Below the pieces are notes generated by a model that was not told the DNA's origin, ran no database searches, and worked only from the letters and a program-made list of their open reading frames with translations. A DNA stretch of 64,000 nt from Eledone cirrhosa (lineage: Eukaryota), in NCBI GenBank assembly GCA_964016885.1, contig OZ024744.1, positions 42,284,001 to 42,348,000 on the forward strand, read 5' to 3'. Shown here piece by piece: positions 1-17,090 of this stretch. The first letter of the stretch is position 1. Every line of letters starts with the position of its first letter. The position numbers and the translations under genes were made by a program.

Positions 1-2160
1 CTACGGTGCATGCTTTCTTCTCCCTGACCCATATAATAATATCTGGTCTGCTATGCCTGCATTTTATTGGGGATTTTACTGGAACATTTCCACCAGTACT
101 CTTTCATATTATGTACATGGATGTCTTCCACATTGCTGTAGCTTTTAATGTGTTTATTATCGGGGCTATCCTTTTTACGAACTGCATTGTACAATGTTTT
201 GGCAACTACATCATGCCTCATAGGTAGATAGTACCGCGATGACATCTTTGTACAGCTGCTAATGACATGGGTGATATCCTCGATGTTAGTTCTGCAGAGT
301 CTGCATTTGTTATCACATCTAGGTGTTTTGCCTGCATCCCTATTTTTTTTGTGAATCAGGTATTTCGTGCTAATCTCCTGTTCCTGGATTGCAAAAGCGT
401 ATCCTTGAAAGTGGGGGCCAATATAGGGAATATCTCTCGAGGAGTCCCTTCCCAACTCTCATGATCTTATCTGTTTCATGCAGATAGACTTGCTCGAGAA
501 ACGGGCTCCTACGCTTCGAGGTTCGTAGATATTGTCGGAGAGATATGATGCGACATTCAAATGTTGTCTGGATTGATGTTAGGCCTCTGCCTCCCTGCTT
601 GCGGTCTATGTCACTGCTGATGTGGAAGTTTCCTGTGTTGTTTAGTATTTTTCGAGTTCCAACATCAACTGCTCGGATTTCGTCCAATTGAGTATTCCAA
701 ACGTTGGTGTTAGGACAGGCACAGCAAACACATTGTGAGCTACTGTTTTGTTTTACGCAGAGAGTTCTGACGACCAGATCTTTCTTAATTGGGTGTAGTA
801 TTCCATGGTTAGGCGTTCTTTATTACAGATACCATTATAGGGGTATCTTCTCATCTATCCCCAGGTATCTGTAGCAGTCCTCATCAGATATCGGTGAAAC
901 AGTTAGGCCATTGATGACAATGTTGCTAGATTGGGTTGTTGTTTTTCCCCGCTTTACAGTCATATATGAGCATTTACCTTGGCTAAACTCCATTCCTATA
1001 TCCTTTGAGAACGTTGTAACCAGGTCAAGATTTTTCTTCATCCCATCCATGTTCTTGGCGTAGAGTTTCAGATCGTCCACAAAGAAATTATCGGTTAGGT
1101 TCGTATTTCTGTCCTCCTGTGAGCCAATGATGTATCCCTCACATTTCTTGAGCAGAAAGGATAAGGGGTTTAATGACAAGATGAATAATATCACAGAGAG
1201 ACTGTCTCCCTGAAATATACTTCTGCGATATTTTATTTTATCAGTGAAAATAGAGTCCTCCCTCTCTGTCTTTAACCTTAAGATAGTAGCCCAAGAAGAG
1301 GACAGCTTCTCTATGGCTCTGATAATAATGTCTGGGACTTTAACAAGTTGGAGGGCCTCTATCATCTAAGAGTAGGGAACAGAATAGAAAGCTTTCCTGT
1401 ATTCTAGCTAGACTGTAGCCATATTCCTCCTAAGATGTCGCACCTCCGACATTGCAGTTTTGTTGATTAGGAGTTGTTCAGCACATCCCCAAACCCCTTT
1501 CTTTCCAGTTGCTTGTTCATCTATGATGATGTTATTATTTTCAGTGATCTTGAGGAATAGGTTCAGGCAGGCTGTATACATCTTATACATCAGGTTCTGG
1601 CATGCAACGGGTCGGTAGTTTTTTGCCAAGTGGGTGTCTATGTTCTTGGGGACCAGTAATGTTTGTGCTAATGTCAACCATTCTGGTATAAGTGTACTTC
1701 CCTTAAGAACTTGTTGGTAGAGGTCAGTAAGACACCTCCAGTTGTTTGTACCAGTAGCCGACAATCATGTCTCTTCCTAGTGTTTTCTCATCTTGGAGTT
1801 TTCCTATCACTGTCTGAAGGGTACCCTCACTTATTTCGTATGTTTTTGTTGTAGTGTAGGAGCAATAGTTCTTTTGGATTTCTCTTAGCCACACTGCATC
1901 TTAGTTGAAATTCTTCTTTTCACCCCATATTTTGTTCGAAAAGGAATCTATATCTTTCTGGGATGGGGCCTCAGTGACACTTATTATTTTGTTCTTCATA
2001 TCTCTATAGACTGATGTTTGGTTTCGTCTGAATCTTTTATAGAGCACTTTTCTCTCATCCACCTTCTTCAGGTATCGGCGTTTTTCGCTAACAGCTCTCA
2101 ATTCTTGTTTGAGGGTGATCAGCTTATATTGAAGAGTTCTGGTTCTACTGTTATTACTAA
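1..2160 (-). mobile_element. R4/Dong-like RLE non-LTR retrotransposon, family A, degraded; runs off the window start
   Basis: Frameshifted ORFs with RT motifs NYRPVAC, FQGDSLS, FFVDDLKLY and the Zn knuckle CRLC...HVISSC...RHD. Homologous to 55890-58080 and 58250-60527. Confidence 0.9.
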
Positions 2161-2254
2161 ATACCCCCAAATTCTTCATTATTTTCAAAATTATTTGAAA
2201 ATCATAGGAAGTGTCCCTTATTAGAAATATATTAAGGAAAAGGTTATTAGAGAC

Positions 2255-2292
<38 letters not shown>

Positions 2293-2957
2293 ACCAAGTG
2301 ATTTTTTTATTTTATAAAGAAAAGAAAAAAATCGCCAGCATTCTTCTTTCTTTTCCTATTTTTTGTTTGTTCGTTTTTTTCCCATTTGTTCGTCTTTACT
2401 CTTTCATATGCCAGTATATGTGTATAAGAATCTTGCCATGTCTCAACGACTGTAAATATTATGTTGCACAGAACTACTAGCTAAATGTGACATTGTCTTT
2501 ATATATAAAATACGACATACAAGAACAATTAAAACAAAGATATCAAGAGATAATAAAAATCTCATCGACCTTGTAAATCTTATATATTATGTAGTGTCAG
2601 ACTTCTTTGGTAATGATGTATTTCATTGAAGCTTTGCTCCCTGTATGTAATAACAGATTCAACTCTAAGCATAGTGTGTCAGTTGAAGACAGAACATTTA
2701 TCATTGGTTTAAACAAAAGAAAACAAAGAGATCTGTAAAAACAGTAGTAATTGTAGCTGCAAGAAAACTCATCTGTCTTTATTATCTTTGTCTGCTATAA
2801 AGTTTTTCTGTTTATCTTTCATCCTTTCTTTCGTTCTGTCTTTCATTTGTTGTTGTTGTTATTGTTATTATTATTTATTCTTTTATCCCAAATTTTATTG
2901 GAACTCCTGGATTCTTGCAGAATTAGCTATCTTGCAATTGTTATTATTATTATAACT

Positions 2958-3145
2958 AGGGCAGTAGTGGAGTGGCAGTAGAGTTATGACACTTTATGTT
3001 CTGAGTTCAAATCCAGCCGAGGTTAGCTTTGCTTTTCATCTTTACGGGGTCGATAAAATAATATACCAGTCATGCACTGGAGTTGATTTAATCAACATGC
3101 CCTGCCCCCAAAATTGCTGGCCTTGTACCTAAAGTAGAAACAATT
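2958..3145 (+). mobile_element. tRNA-derived SINE with Nin/Deu-like central domain
   Basis: B-box GAGTTCAAATCC, core TTTCATCTTTACGGGGTCGATAAAAT..ACCAG, tail GGCCTTGT..AAAGTAGAAACAATT; many copies in window. Confidence 0.8.
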
Positions 3146-3210
3146 ATTATTATTTATAATACTTTTTCGCCCCTTGTGGCCAATAAATGAAATCATTATT
3201 TATAATACTT

Positions 3211-3399
3211 GGCGCTGGATTGGCAGTATTGGTAGAGGGTCGGACACCATGCTTTAACGCATAGAGTTACGGCCCTTGCCATTCTGAGTTCAAATCCCGC
3301 CGAGGTTAACTTTGCCTTTCATCCTTACGGCGTCGATAAAATAAAGTACCAGTAATACACTGGGTTATTGCTGGCCTTGTGCCTAACGTAGAAACAATT
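3211..3399 (+). mobile_element. tRNA-derived SINE (Nin/Deu-like domain), full length
   Basis: A/B boxes, same core, flanked by TSD ATTATTTATAATACTT. Confidence 0.85.
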
Positions 3400-3419
3400 A
3401 TTTATAATACTTTTGTTCT

Positions 3420-4042
3420 GGCAGATGTTATACCAACCCTATACCAAAAGAGAGAACCATAGCCATTGGCCAAAGGTCCTTTGGATCATTCCTTCTCCGT
3501 CAACTTTCTAACACCCTTCTTAGAATCCTTAGCGTTCCTAGCAAGTCTGTTTTCTGCAACAATCCTGTCCTGATGGTAATTCCTAGCTTCTCAAGCCATA
3601 CATCCAACCTTCTACTAACTGTATATAGTGTAACGACCACGTGACTGATTATCTACAGTTTCCTGATTTCTCTCTTCAGCTCCTGGTATTTCTCATCTTT
3701 CTCACTTTCCTTCTCTTTCAACCTGTGGTCCCACGATGAAGCAATATCCACAATACATAGCTTGTTATTCTTCTTTTCTATGACAACAATGTCAGGCTTT
3801 CTAGCCACAATAAAATGGTCGCTCTAGAAGGTCATGTCGCACAAGATCTTGTACTGTTCAATTTCAGCCACCCTCTCTGGTTGGTGTTTATACCATTTCT
3901 TACTTCTGCTCATGTCATACAATCTGGAAATGTTGTCATGCCTTATCTTGTACTTTTTCTGAGCAAGTATCTTATACTCACTAATACTGTGGTTTATTGT
4001 TTCACCTTTCTCACCGCATAGCCTACAAAGTGGGGCATTCAC
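3420..4042 (-). mobile_element. R4/Dong-like LINE 3' fragment, family D (Zn knuckle + RLE endonuclease)
   Basis: CRLCGEKGETINH...RHD...ILCD followed by KPDIVVI-type motif; bordered by (TTA)n. Confidence 0.8.
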
Positions 4043-4077
<35 letters not shown>

Positions 4078-4078
<1 letters not shown>

Positions 4079-4682
4079 AGTTGCATTTATCTTGCTTTAT
4101 GTTCATACGAGTTATCACAAAGCCACAACCAGTGACCTCAAGAGACAACAAGGTCCGGCATGTTCAAGAAAGAACATACATACTCACACATGCATCTTTA
4201 GTGTTTAGACTTGTGATGTACTTATATTGACAGAATCTTCGTTAGTATATGGGCAGTTCCCATTAGTACTATCTTTTGTATTTCTCCTATACGCGGGTTT
4301 CCTGGGATTTGCGATAAGTAATCATTAGACCCCTTAGGTATCATTTCCAGAGCGCCTACAACCACTGGTATTGTTTTAGTTCTCAATTTCCACATTTTTC
4401 CAATTTCTATCTCCAGGTCCTTATACTTGCTCAATTTGTCAAATGTTTTTATAGATACATTCTTGTCTATTGGAACAGACATATCAATTAGCAGGCATAC
4501 CCAATTTTTAAAGTCCTTCAATATTATATCAGGTCTATTTGCATCTATTTTTCGGTCTGTTTGGATGCTAAAGTTCCACAAGATTGAGATGTGATCTTTT
4601 TCAAATATGGGAGGTTGTTGATGCTCCCACGAATTCTTTTGATGGGGCAGGTCAAAATGCTTACACATTATCCAATGTATGT
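4078..4682 (-). mobile_element. R4/Dong-like LINE 3' end, family C
   Basis: ORF 4222-4710 with RPDIILKD...IDMSVP...KLSKYKDL (RLE); near-identical to the 3' ends of 9876-11475 and 17868-20380. Confidence 0.9.
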
Positions 4683-4719
4683 TTATTATTATTATTATTA
4701 TTATTTGCATTTATCTTGC

Positions 4720-7682
<2,963 letters not shown>

Positions 7683-7719
7683 TTATTATTATTATTATTA
7701 TTATTGTTGTTATTGTTAT

Positions 7720-9804
7720 TCCTTGAATCTCAGTCATTGATGTTGGTTAACTGGAAAGTCCGTTGGATTGAATATCAAGCCACTACCTGCAGCCTCAGAT
7801 ATTCAGGACGTATCGGAGGGTTCTTACTGTTCCAAGCAAGCATGCCTTTTGAAGCGTTCCAAAAAGCGTGAAGGGGCCGATTTTCTTTAACCATCCCTGG
7901 AAACTTTTGGAGATAGTCCCCAGTGCGCCTATGACAATCGGGATCACTTTGACTTCATGGCAGTTCCAAATCCTTTTCACCTCCCACTTTAGGTCCTGGT
8001 ATCGGTTAATTTTCTCCCTCTCCTTCTCTTGCACTCTCGTGTCGAATGGGCAGGCCACATCCACAATCAGGCACGATCTTTTTTCTTTGTCCACAACCAC
8101 CAGGTCAGGTCTATTGTGTTCCAGTTTTTTGTCCGTCTGTATCCTAAAGTCCCACAGCACCTTCACCTGATTGTTCTCCATCACCGCCTCTGGCCTATGC
8201 TCATACCATTTCTCAGAATGTGGTAGATTGTTTACTTTGCACAGGTGCCAGTGGATCACCCTGCCCATCACATCGTGTCTCCAGCCCTTATAGTGGGTCT
8301 GGGCTAGGTGTTTACACTCGGACACAATGTGAGCCACAGTCTCCTCTCTCTCTTCACAGATCCTGCACAGTGGGCTGGCCTCCTCCTTGTAGATATGGTG
8401 CTTCAACCACTTCGTTTTGAGGGCCTGCTCCTGCGCAGCCATTAGCATTCCTTCTGTAGCCTTTTTGAGGTCTCCTCTTCTCAACCAGTTCCATGTCTGT
8501 GGATCTCTAAATTCAGTTTTCTCAAAGAAGGTACTATGAAGGGGTTTTCCCTTAAGGCTGCTCTTCCTCCTTGATGTTATTTCCTCCCTGGACATCCCCT
8601 GGCCTACTGTCCCCTCCTTCAGTACAGCTCTGAGCATTGGCTCCTTACTATAGGTCACGTATTTGTATAGGTTGTTTTTCTCCATCTGAACACAGTCCTC
8701 TATGCTGATAAGACCTCTTCCACCCTCAGATCTCCTTAGGTAGAGTCTATCGACATCACTCCTCTTGTGGAACATGTTGTAGATAGTCAATAGCTTCCTA
8801 GTCTTCCTATCCATTTCTTTCTGTTCAGCAACATTCCATCTCAGAATTCCCGCACTGTACCTAATAATAGACACAGCTCGGGAATTTACTGCGCTTATGG
8901 CATTTCTGCTGTTCAGATGTGACTTCAATACGCTCCTTACTCTCCGAATGTATTCAGTTCTTAACAATTCCTTCATTTTTTTGTTCTTTATGCCATCAGC
9001 CTCCAGAACGCCCAAATACTTGTATCCTTCCTCAGAGTCAATTTCCTTTATCATCTCACCTGTTGGTATCTGGATCCCGTTACTTCTGCTCAACCTACCC
9101 CTCTTCATCACAATGACTCCACATTTACCAATACCAAACTGCATACATATATCACTGCTGAAAATACGGACAGTGTCAACAAGCACATCCAACTCCTTCT
9201 CACTTTTCCCGAAGAGCTTAAGATCGTCCATGAAGAGGAGGTGATTGATGGTAAGCTCTCCCCTTCCCAACTTGTATCCTGCTCTCACTTTTCGCAGCAT
9301 AATGGTCAAGGGCATCAGGGCAAGGACAAACAACAGAGGGGACAGGCTATCTCCCTGGAAGATACCTCTCTTGATCTTCACGCTTCCCAAGGATACTCCA
9401 GTTGATGTCAACTCTGTCTCCCAGGACCCCATACCCCTGCCTAGCAACTGTCTGATGTTATCTGCCACCTTGAAGATCTCCAGGCTTTTGGTGATCCAGG
9501 AATGAGGCACCATGTCAAATGCCTTTCTGTAGTCTATCCATCCCATGGCAAGATCAGTGTGTCTCCTCCTGCAATTCCCCATTACCATCTTATCAATAAG
9601 CAACTGGTCCTTTGTACCACATGACTTCTTTCGGCATCCTTTCTGTTCGTCCGGTAACAAGTTGTTTGTGTGGAGGTGATGGTAGATTTCCTCAGACACA
9701 ATGCTCGTCAACAGTTTCCACATTACGGGCAGACATGTGATAGGTCTATAGTTGGTAGCATCATTACCCTTGATTCGGTCTTTCATTATCAGAACTGTAG
9801 TACC
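7720..9804 (-). mobile_element. R4/Dong-like RLE LINE, family B, 5'-truncated young copy
   Basis: Highly similar to 4835-7682; flanked by TTA repeats. Confidence 0.95.
7795..9786 (-). CDS. Uninterrupted 663-aa C-terminal part of a LINE protein: RT + CCHC knuckle + restriction-like endonuclease
   Basis: [57 protein letters not shown]-terminus missing, so not a complete gene. Confidence 0.85.
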   Translation of the reverse strand: MKDRIKGNDATNYRPITCLPVMWKLLTSIVSEEIYHHLHTNNLLPDEQKGCRKKSCGTKDQLLIDKMVMGNCRRRHTDLAMGWIDYRKAFDMVPHSWITKSLEIFKVADNIRQLLGRGMGSWETELTSTGVSLGSVKIKRGIFQGDSLSPLLFVLALMPLTIMLRKVRAGYKLGRGELTINHLLFMDDLKLFGKSEKELDVLVDTVRIFSSDICMQFGIGKCGVIVMKRGRLSRSNGIQIPTGEMIKEIDSEEGYKYLGVLEADGIKNKKMKELLRTEYIRRVRSVLKSHLNSRNAISAVNSRAVSIIRYSAGILRWNVAEQKEMDRKTRKLLTIYNMFHKRSDVDRLYLRRSEGGRGLISIEDCVQMEKNNLYKYVTYSKEPMLRAVLKEGTVGQGMSREEITSRRKSSLKGKPLHSTFFEKTEFRDPQTWNWLRRGDLKKATEGMLMAAQEQALKTKWLKHHIYKEEASPLCRICEEREETVAHIVSECKHLAQTHYKGWRHDVMGRVIHWHLCKVNNLPHSEKWYEHRPEAVMENNQVKVLWDFRIQTDKKLEHNRPDLVVVDKEKRSCLIVDVACPFDTRVQEKEREKINRYQDLKWEVKRIWNCHEVKVIPIVIGALGTISKSFQGWLKKIGPFTLFGTLQKACLLGTVRTLRYVLNI

Positions 9805-9875
<71 letters not shown>

Positions 9876-9877
<2 letters not shown>

Positions 9878-11475
9878 AGTTGCATTTATCTTGCTTTATG
9901 TTCATACGAGTTATCACCAAGTCATAACCAGTGACCCCACGACACAACAAGGTCCGCCATGTTCAAGAAAGAACATACATACACACACATGCATCTTTAG
10001 GTGTTTAGACTTGTGATGTACTTATATTGACAGAATCTTCCTTAGTATATGGGCAGTTCCCATTAGTACTATCTTTTGTACTTCCCCTATACGCGGGTTT
10101 CCTGGGATTTGCGATAAGTAATCATTAGAATCCTTAGATATCATTCCTAGGGCGCCTACAACCACTGGTATTGTTTTAGTTCTCAATTTCCACATTTTTC
10201 AAATTTCTATCTCCAGGTCCTTATACTTGCTCAATTTTTCAAATGTTTTTATAGGTACATTCTTGTCTATTGGAACGGACATATCAATTAGCAGGCATAC
10301 CCTGTTTTTAAAGTCCTTCAGTATTATATCAGGTCTATTTGCATCTATTTTTTGGTCTGTTTGGATGCTAAAGTTCCACAAGATTGAGATGTGATCTTTT
10401 TCAAATATGGGAGGTGGTTGATGCTCCCACCAATTCTTTTGATGGGGCAGGTCAAAATGCTTACACATTATCCAATATTGCAGCTCTGTCGTGCCTGTTT
10501 AGATATTCGGTTGGAGCTATAGGACTGCACATTGAAATTATATGATCAATGGTCTCTGGTTGTTTTTTACATACATGGCATAATGGGTTGCATCCATTTT
10601 TTCATTATGTTGGGTTGGTAATTTCTTGTGCTGATATAATCAGTCCTTCAGTCTCCGATTTCAGTCCAGAGGATGCCAACCACTGATGGGTTAAAGTTTT
10701 GTCAACATCAGGATTGTTAGCTCGTTCTGTGTATTTTCAATACAGAGGCTTTTCTTGCCATTTCTTAGCCAATTTCTGTAGCAGTTCTTTCTTTGCAGTT
10801 ACTTTTACCTGCTTTGCTTTTTCTGTGTTTTTCATTTCAGCAGTAAAGAGAACTACTGAAATTTGTAGTCCATTACTGTATCTTTGTGCATCTTTTGTAA
10901 TGGAGTATGATCTTTTGATGCTTTTGTGTTTCAAAATGAGTTTGGTCATCCAATCATGTGATTCCCTTAGATATGTAGATAATCCAATTGGTGCAGTTTT
11001 CAACGCAATGTTTAACTGGATTAACCCATGTCCCCCTTCTTTCCTAGGGAGATATATTCTATCTGTGCTTGACCAGTTGATGACATTGTAACTGTAGGTT
11101 ACTACTGGTATGGCAAGCGTGTTTATGGCATCGATCCTATTCCTTGCATTCAATTCTGTTCTTAAGATTGCTCTTACTCTGCGGTAACCTTCCTTCCTTA
11201 TCATTTCCCTCATTGTCGAGTGCTTGTTTCCGTCTCCTTCACAAACACCTAGATATTTGTAAGTTTCCTCTTGATCAAGATCTCTTATCACATTTCCCCG
11301 ATCAAGATTAATGTCTGAACTTCTCAGCAGCTTTCCTTTGGTGAACGTTGCTTTGGCGCATTTATCTAGTCGAAACTCCATTTTAATGTCATCACTGAAC
11401 TGCTCCACAGTGGATAATATCCCTTGCAATTGTTCATAATGTTTTGCAAATAGTTTCAGGTCATGCATGTAGAAC
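9876..11475 (-). mobile_element. R4/Dong-like LINE, family C, 5'-truncated
   Basis: ORFs 10737-11468 and 10199-10468 homologous to 18488-20293 and 18190-18459. Confidence 0.9.
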
Positions 11476-11489
11476 TTATTATTATTATT

Positions 11490-11600
11490 TACGATCTGAG
11501 TTCAAATCCCGCCGAGGTTAACTTTGCCTTTCATCCTTACAGGGTCGATAAAAATAAAGGACCAGTAATTGCTGGCCTTGTGCCAAAAGTAGAAACAATT
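11490..11600 (+). mobile_element. 5'-truncated Nin/Deu-like SINE
   Basis: Same B-box, core and tail as 3211-3399. Confidence 0.8.
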
Positions 11601-11619
11601 ATTATTATTATTATTATTG

Positions 11620-12112
11620 TTCTTTGAGTCTCAGTCATTGATGTTAGTTAACTGGAAAGTTTGTTGATATGAATATCAAGCCACTACCTGCAGCCTCAGA
11701 TATTCAGGACGTATCGGAGGGTTCTTGCTGTTCCCAACAACCATGCCTTTTGAAGTGTTCCAATAAGTGGGGCTGGACTAATCTTCTTTAACCATCCTTG
11801 GAAACTCTTTGAGATAGTACCTAGTGCGCCTATGACAATCGGGACCACTTTGACCTCATGTCAGTTCCAAATCCTTTTTACCTCCCACTTCAAGTCCTGG
11901 TATCGGTTAATTTCTCCCTCTCCTTTTCTTGCACTCTCGTGTCAAATGGGCAGGCTACATCCACAATCAGGCACGATATGTTTTCCTCGCCGAAAACCCC
12001 TAGGTCAGCCCTATTGTGTTCTAATTTCTCGTCCCTCTGTATCTTAAAATCCCATAGCACCTTCACTTGATCGTTTTCTATCACCGACTCTGGCTTATGC
12101 TCATACCACTTT
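11620..12112 (-). mobile_element. R4/Dong-like LINE family B 3' fragment
   Basis: RLE remnant LWDFKIQ..HNRAD..DVACPFD and the same 3' UTR as 4835. Confidence 0.9.
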
Positions 12113-12140
12113 ATTTTTATTATTATTACTGTTATCAATG

Positions 12141-12245
12141 TTTTTCCTTTTCCTTCCGTATTGTTTCCGTTATATGCCAAGTATCTTCTTAACACCTAGG
12201 GCAAATAAACTCACTGTATACATTGGTAAGCCAAGTTAATACACC
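12141..12245 (-). repeat. ~105-bp interspersed repeat, copy 1 of 3
   Basis: Shares ACACCTAGGGCAAATAAA..CATTGGTAAGCCA with 17321-17424 and 17744-17848. Confidence 0.75.
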
Positions 12246-12247
12246 AT

Positions 12248-12587
12248 CATTTCATTCATTTCATTTTACGTCCGCTTTTTCCCTGCTTGCAAGGGTGGGA
12301 CGGGAACTGATTCTGGCTTGATTTTTACAGCTGGATGCCCTTCCTAACACCAACCTTTTTTACAGTGAGTGTTGGGTGCTTTTTTGCCATGGCACTCCAC
12401 GACCACTTTGCAGTGGAACGATATGGACCCCAGTCCCTATCATCTCATTTCTACAGCTGAGTAAACTGGAGCAATGTGAAATAAAGTGTCTTGCTCAAGG
12501 AAACAACACAACTCCCGGTCTGAGAATTGAACTCACAACCTTTCGATTGCAAGGCCAATGCTCTAACCACTAAGCCATGTGCCTCCA
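12248..12587 (-). mobile_element. tRNA-derived SINE (Meta/V-like domain, RTE-type 3' tail)
   Basis: Reverse complement of 27180-27520: GGCTTAGTGGTT A-box, GAGTTCAATTC B-box, CCTTGAGCAAGACAC core, GGAAGGGCATCCAGC tail. Confidence 0.85.
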
Positions 12588-12599
12588 TATTGATTATAA

Positions 12600-13445
12600 T
12601 TTACAGCTTCAAAAGCATTCTATAGGGTCGACCATCGGTACCTAGAGGCTGTTCTCAAGGTACCTGGCTTTGGACCCATCTTTAGAAGCTGGATTGTTGC
12701 AATACTCAGCGGCATCTGCTTGGTGGTCAAAGTTAATGGCCACCTCTCGGACCATTTCAAATTTCCGATCAGTCCGTCATGAGTGCCCTTTCTTCTCCCT
12801 TCTGTACATATTGTCTCTCCAGCCTTTACTGTGGAAGCTGGAGCTGTTACAGGGCATCCCACTGAAACCAGGATTCGGAAAGGCTGTGTCGGCTTATGCA
12901 GACGGCATCACTGTGATGGTGTTGAACACCTCAGAAATCCAGGTGGTCAGTACCTTATTGGAGGAATATGAAAGGTTGACGGGAGCAAAACTTAACCCAG
13001 AAAAGTCAGTGGGCTTGCAACTCGGCACCTGTAGAGGCAAGTCCATGCCGTCCAACAGCGTCGTTGGGTGCTGGATTGATGGACCAGTAAAGTTGATCAG
13101 GGTTTGGTTCAGACCAGACCTCCAGGTGGATAACATTTGGGACAAGGTGGTGGTTAGGGTAGCCAGTCTCACCCAGAAATAGACCGCGAGGAAGCTATCA
13201 CTGAAAGGTCGGGCGGAGGTAGCGAACGCATACATCGCATCCATCATCTACTACCGCCTGACCGTCGTGCCTTTCCCCCATCCATGCCTTGCCAATTTGG
13301 AATGGCTCCTCTTCAACTTCTTGTGGAGGGGACAGGTTCTGTTGATGAGGCAGTCCACCTGCTGCCATCAATCTCCATGTGGAGGGCTGAGGCTGCGGCA
13401 TCTCCACATATTCTGCCTAAACAGTGAACAGGTGGTGGGTCGCCA
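12600..13445 (+). mobile_element. Tx1/L1-clade LINE RT fragment
   Basis: SVRHECPFFSLLYILSLQPLL, AYADGITV, GAKLNPEKS, KLSLKGRAEVANAYIASIIYYRL. Confidence 0.8.
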
Positions 13446-13899
13446 TTAGTCAACTGGGGGCATGCTGGCGATACCATGCCTCCAACAATTGACTAAAAAA
13501 TGAACAATTTCCGACAGCTCCAAAAGCCATACTCATCTAAAATACATCATAAACAATAAAATTAACTAAGTGTACCTTTAAAACGAGATAGGTCTAATAT
13601 TCCCAGCCAAACCCGAAAACTCTGAGGGTGCTACCAACATCCGAGTTAACTATAAAACAAATAATTTCATACGATTTTGAATTTCAGATTAATTCAAAAC
13701 ATCAAAAGCCATAGGAAAAACGAGGTGGGTATAATTATAAAAATATACCAAACCTTTTATGTTAAAGTATTCATATTTGAGTTAACACTCACCATTTGTC
13801 AGACGGGCTCGTCTCTTTGACTGTGCTGCAGTATTGGGTCAGGAGACCGAGACTGGGTGACTGGCATCTGGAATGTTGCCAGGCCCTCTACTTGCCAGT

Positions 13900-15110
13900 C
13901 ATGATACCACTTCCAAATCAGCTCTACATGTCAATCCTGTTCATGAAAATAATGAACAGAGAGGGAAAAGTCTTCACCCTTGGCTGAGTCTGAATCCCCA
14001 TTGAATGGTTTCAAGTTAGCATCATTTATTTGAACACAAATACTCAGGCATTCATATAGAGACATCAGGGCAGCAAGAAACTGACCATCGATACCTAACT
14101 CCTGCAAAACTTTCAACAGCAGATCCCAAGGAACATGGTCATATGCCTATTCGAGGTCTACAAAACAAGAATATACATCTTGGAAATACACCCACAATTT
14201 CTCGAAGACCTGCCGCTGCATTAATAATTGGTCGGCTGTGCTGCATCCAGTATGAAAACTGCACTGTTCATCAGCTTGCTTACACTTGATAATATCCCTG
14301 CATGTCTTTGCCAGGCACTTAGCATAAACTTTACCAGGGAGACTTATCAAAATGATCCCTCTGTAATTGAAACAATCTCTCTTGTCTCCCTTTTCGAAAA
14401 TTGGGATTATCACTCCCGATTGTCCTTGCTTAGGTGCCTTCCCTGAGATTCACAAGTAAGCCAGAGAATACTTTCTTTATTTAGGGTTTATAACATCTTG
14501 GGTTGGATTTCATCTTTCCCAGCAGCCTTGTCATATTTGAGCTCTTTAACTGCTCTTGTGACCTCTGCCTCTGAGATGTACCTCGTGTATATCAGAAGAT
14601 GCTGTTGTGATTGGGTTCAGGAGATCAGAAAATCATTTTCTCTGAAGAGAGGAGAATCCCAGATGTATTCCTGATGCAGGTATTGAGGAGGACTTCTTAT
14701 CATGGAGTCAGTAGATGGTCTGCCAAATTACTTTATTTGCTTATCTGAAGTCAGATTACAGATTAACCCAAAAGTCCTCCCATGTTTTAACTTTGGATAC
14801 CTTTACTATTTCTGATGGGGTTCTTCATGCCTGCTTGTACTGCAATTGCAAGAACAAAGACTTATTTACAAGTCAAGCTAGCTTTGAAGGCCTCCTTCTT
14901 TGCTCGGATAACATCTTTGACTTCTTGATTGAACCAAGGGGTCCTCTTTCCATCTTGCACTGCACCAAGCCTATTTCACCCGCAGCATTTAACAGCTGAA
15001 ACAGAAACTGCTGAGCTGAACAATCTCCACTCTGTCTCAATGTCCTCAGTTTGCTCAGGGAGTTCTCTAAATCAAAGCATAGTAACACTAATGAGGAAAT
15101 ATCAGAAACA
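13900..15110 (-). mobile_element. RTE-clade (Rex3/Expander-like) LINE fragment
   Basis: IIPIFEKGDKRDCFNYRGIILISLPGKVYAK, EQCSF, CFVDLE. Confidence 0.8.
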
Positions 15111-15149
15111 GGATGTTATAAATAATTTCCAGCCCATAATTTCTACTAA

Positions 15150-17090
15150 ATGCAGAATTTAGGATTTTGGCCAAGTTGCTTGCAATGCTTGTTGTCAAGA
15201 GTCTGCACGATTCCGACCTGGTCCATATATGACAGCCTCCACCTCATGCAATACATCAAACTGTGAATTGGAAGTAAACCTTGCTTTTGATCAATTTGAA
15301 TCAATTGAAAGCATTGAATAGGGTCAACCATCGATACCTGGATGCTGTCCTCAAAGCAGCTGACTTCAGTCCTGTCTTCAGAGGCTGGATCACTGAAATA
15401 CACAGTGACATCTGCTCTGTGGTAGGAGTAAATGGCTATCAGAGTTGTTTCAGATTACATACTCGGTCTGGTAAGGATGCCTGTTTTCCTCCCTTCTGTA
15501 TGTACTGACACTGGAGTTGCTGCTGTGGAAGCACGAGTTATTGTAGAGCAACCCACTGAAACCAGGACATGGCGTCGAACACCTTGGGAATCAAGGTGGC
15601 CAGAAACTTCAGGTATATGAAGCATTGACAGGAGCAAATATCCTCCCAGACAAGTCGGCAGGTTTGCAATACCAAGATAAGTTTGCAATACCAAGATACC
15701 AAGAGAGGCAAATCCATGCCATTCAACAGCATTGTCGGATTCTGGATGGACAGACTGGTGAAGTTGGTTGGGGTCTAGTTTGGGCCAGACATCCAACTTG
15801 GATGTCTGGCCCAAACTAGATGATCCAAGTGGATTATAACTGTGATGAGTTAACAAGCCGAGTGGCCACTCTCACCCAGAAATGGACTAAGAGGAAGTTA
15901 TCACTGAAACGTTAGGTGGAAGTGGCAAAAACATACATCACATCCATCATCTATTACCACCTGACCGTTGTGCCTTGCGCCATTCACACCTTGTCAAATT
16001 GGAGCCCCTACTCTTTAACTTTTTGCGAGAGGGACAGGTTCCTTTGGCGAGTTGCTCCATCTGCTTCCAGCATCTGCTACATAGAGGGCTGGGCATGCAA
16101 TGAGTGATGATGTGCAAACACACACTGAAGCTATGGCATCTTCAGATATTACTAAACGGTGTACAGGTGGGGTTGCTGTTTAATAGAGAAGTCTTTCTTC
16201 AACTCGTTTTTCTTTTTTTTACTGAGCTGCAGTCATGGGTCAAGTGAAGACTGAGACTTAGTGCCTGGTATCTGGAATGTTGGGCAATGTGGTTAGTGGA
16301 AAGTCCACTCTAATGTTCTATGGAGGATTATTGGTGAGAAGTGCAACAACATTCTCAGAGAGGTTCTGATCATGTACAAAATCAAACTGACCAGTCTATA
16401 CTGGAACACTTTTGAGCCAGGTACCATGGACAACTTCCAGAAATCCCTGGCTTGGCAATGCTACCAGAGAGTACTGCCAGTTTGAGACAGACTGTAAAGG
16501 CATGGAAGTGCTATCAGACAGATCTGTCCAACGTGCATGCAAAGCGATGAAACCATTATGCATGTACTCATCCAGTGTCCATGAACAACTGACTAGTTAA
16601 GTTATGTTAAACAGCTATTATCACATGTGGGATGGATCCATCACAAAGATCACCCCCGCTGCCTTCTTATGGCCAGGAAGGGCAGGCACTTTTCTTCTGC
16701 CTAGTGGCTGTAGCAAAAGAGGTTATATGGTGGATGAAAATGAAAGGACTGAAAACTCTTTTATCTTGAGCCAATCTCTCATCAACTTTTTCAAGTTTCA
16801 GGTGGAAAGGAAAGTGAAGTTGGATAGGGAAGTGCTTCTCCCACCCCACTCCAGTACATTTGTTAAAAGCTGGGTTTGACCTATGCGCCTAGAGATTTTC
16901 AATAGAAGACAGTCACCTCCCAATGGTGTTCTTGGAGATTAGGGTGGTTTAGGATCCATAGGATCTCTAAGGTACACCTGGGGAATTTTCATTATAATTT
17001 TATTGTTTATTTTTATCTGTTTTATTTGTACTCCCTGTCTTTCGAATTGTACTACATGTTTCAGCCCTTGTGGACAATAAAGAAGGAATT
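15150..17090 (+). mobile_element. Tx1/L1-clade LINE, degraded, including 3' end
   Basis: Homology to 12600-13445; 3' tail CCCTTGTGGACAATAAAG also present as a stub near 3170. Confidence 0.75.
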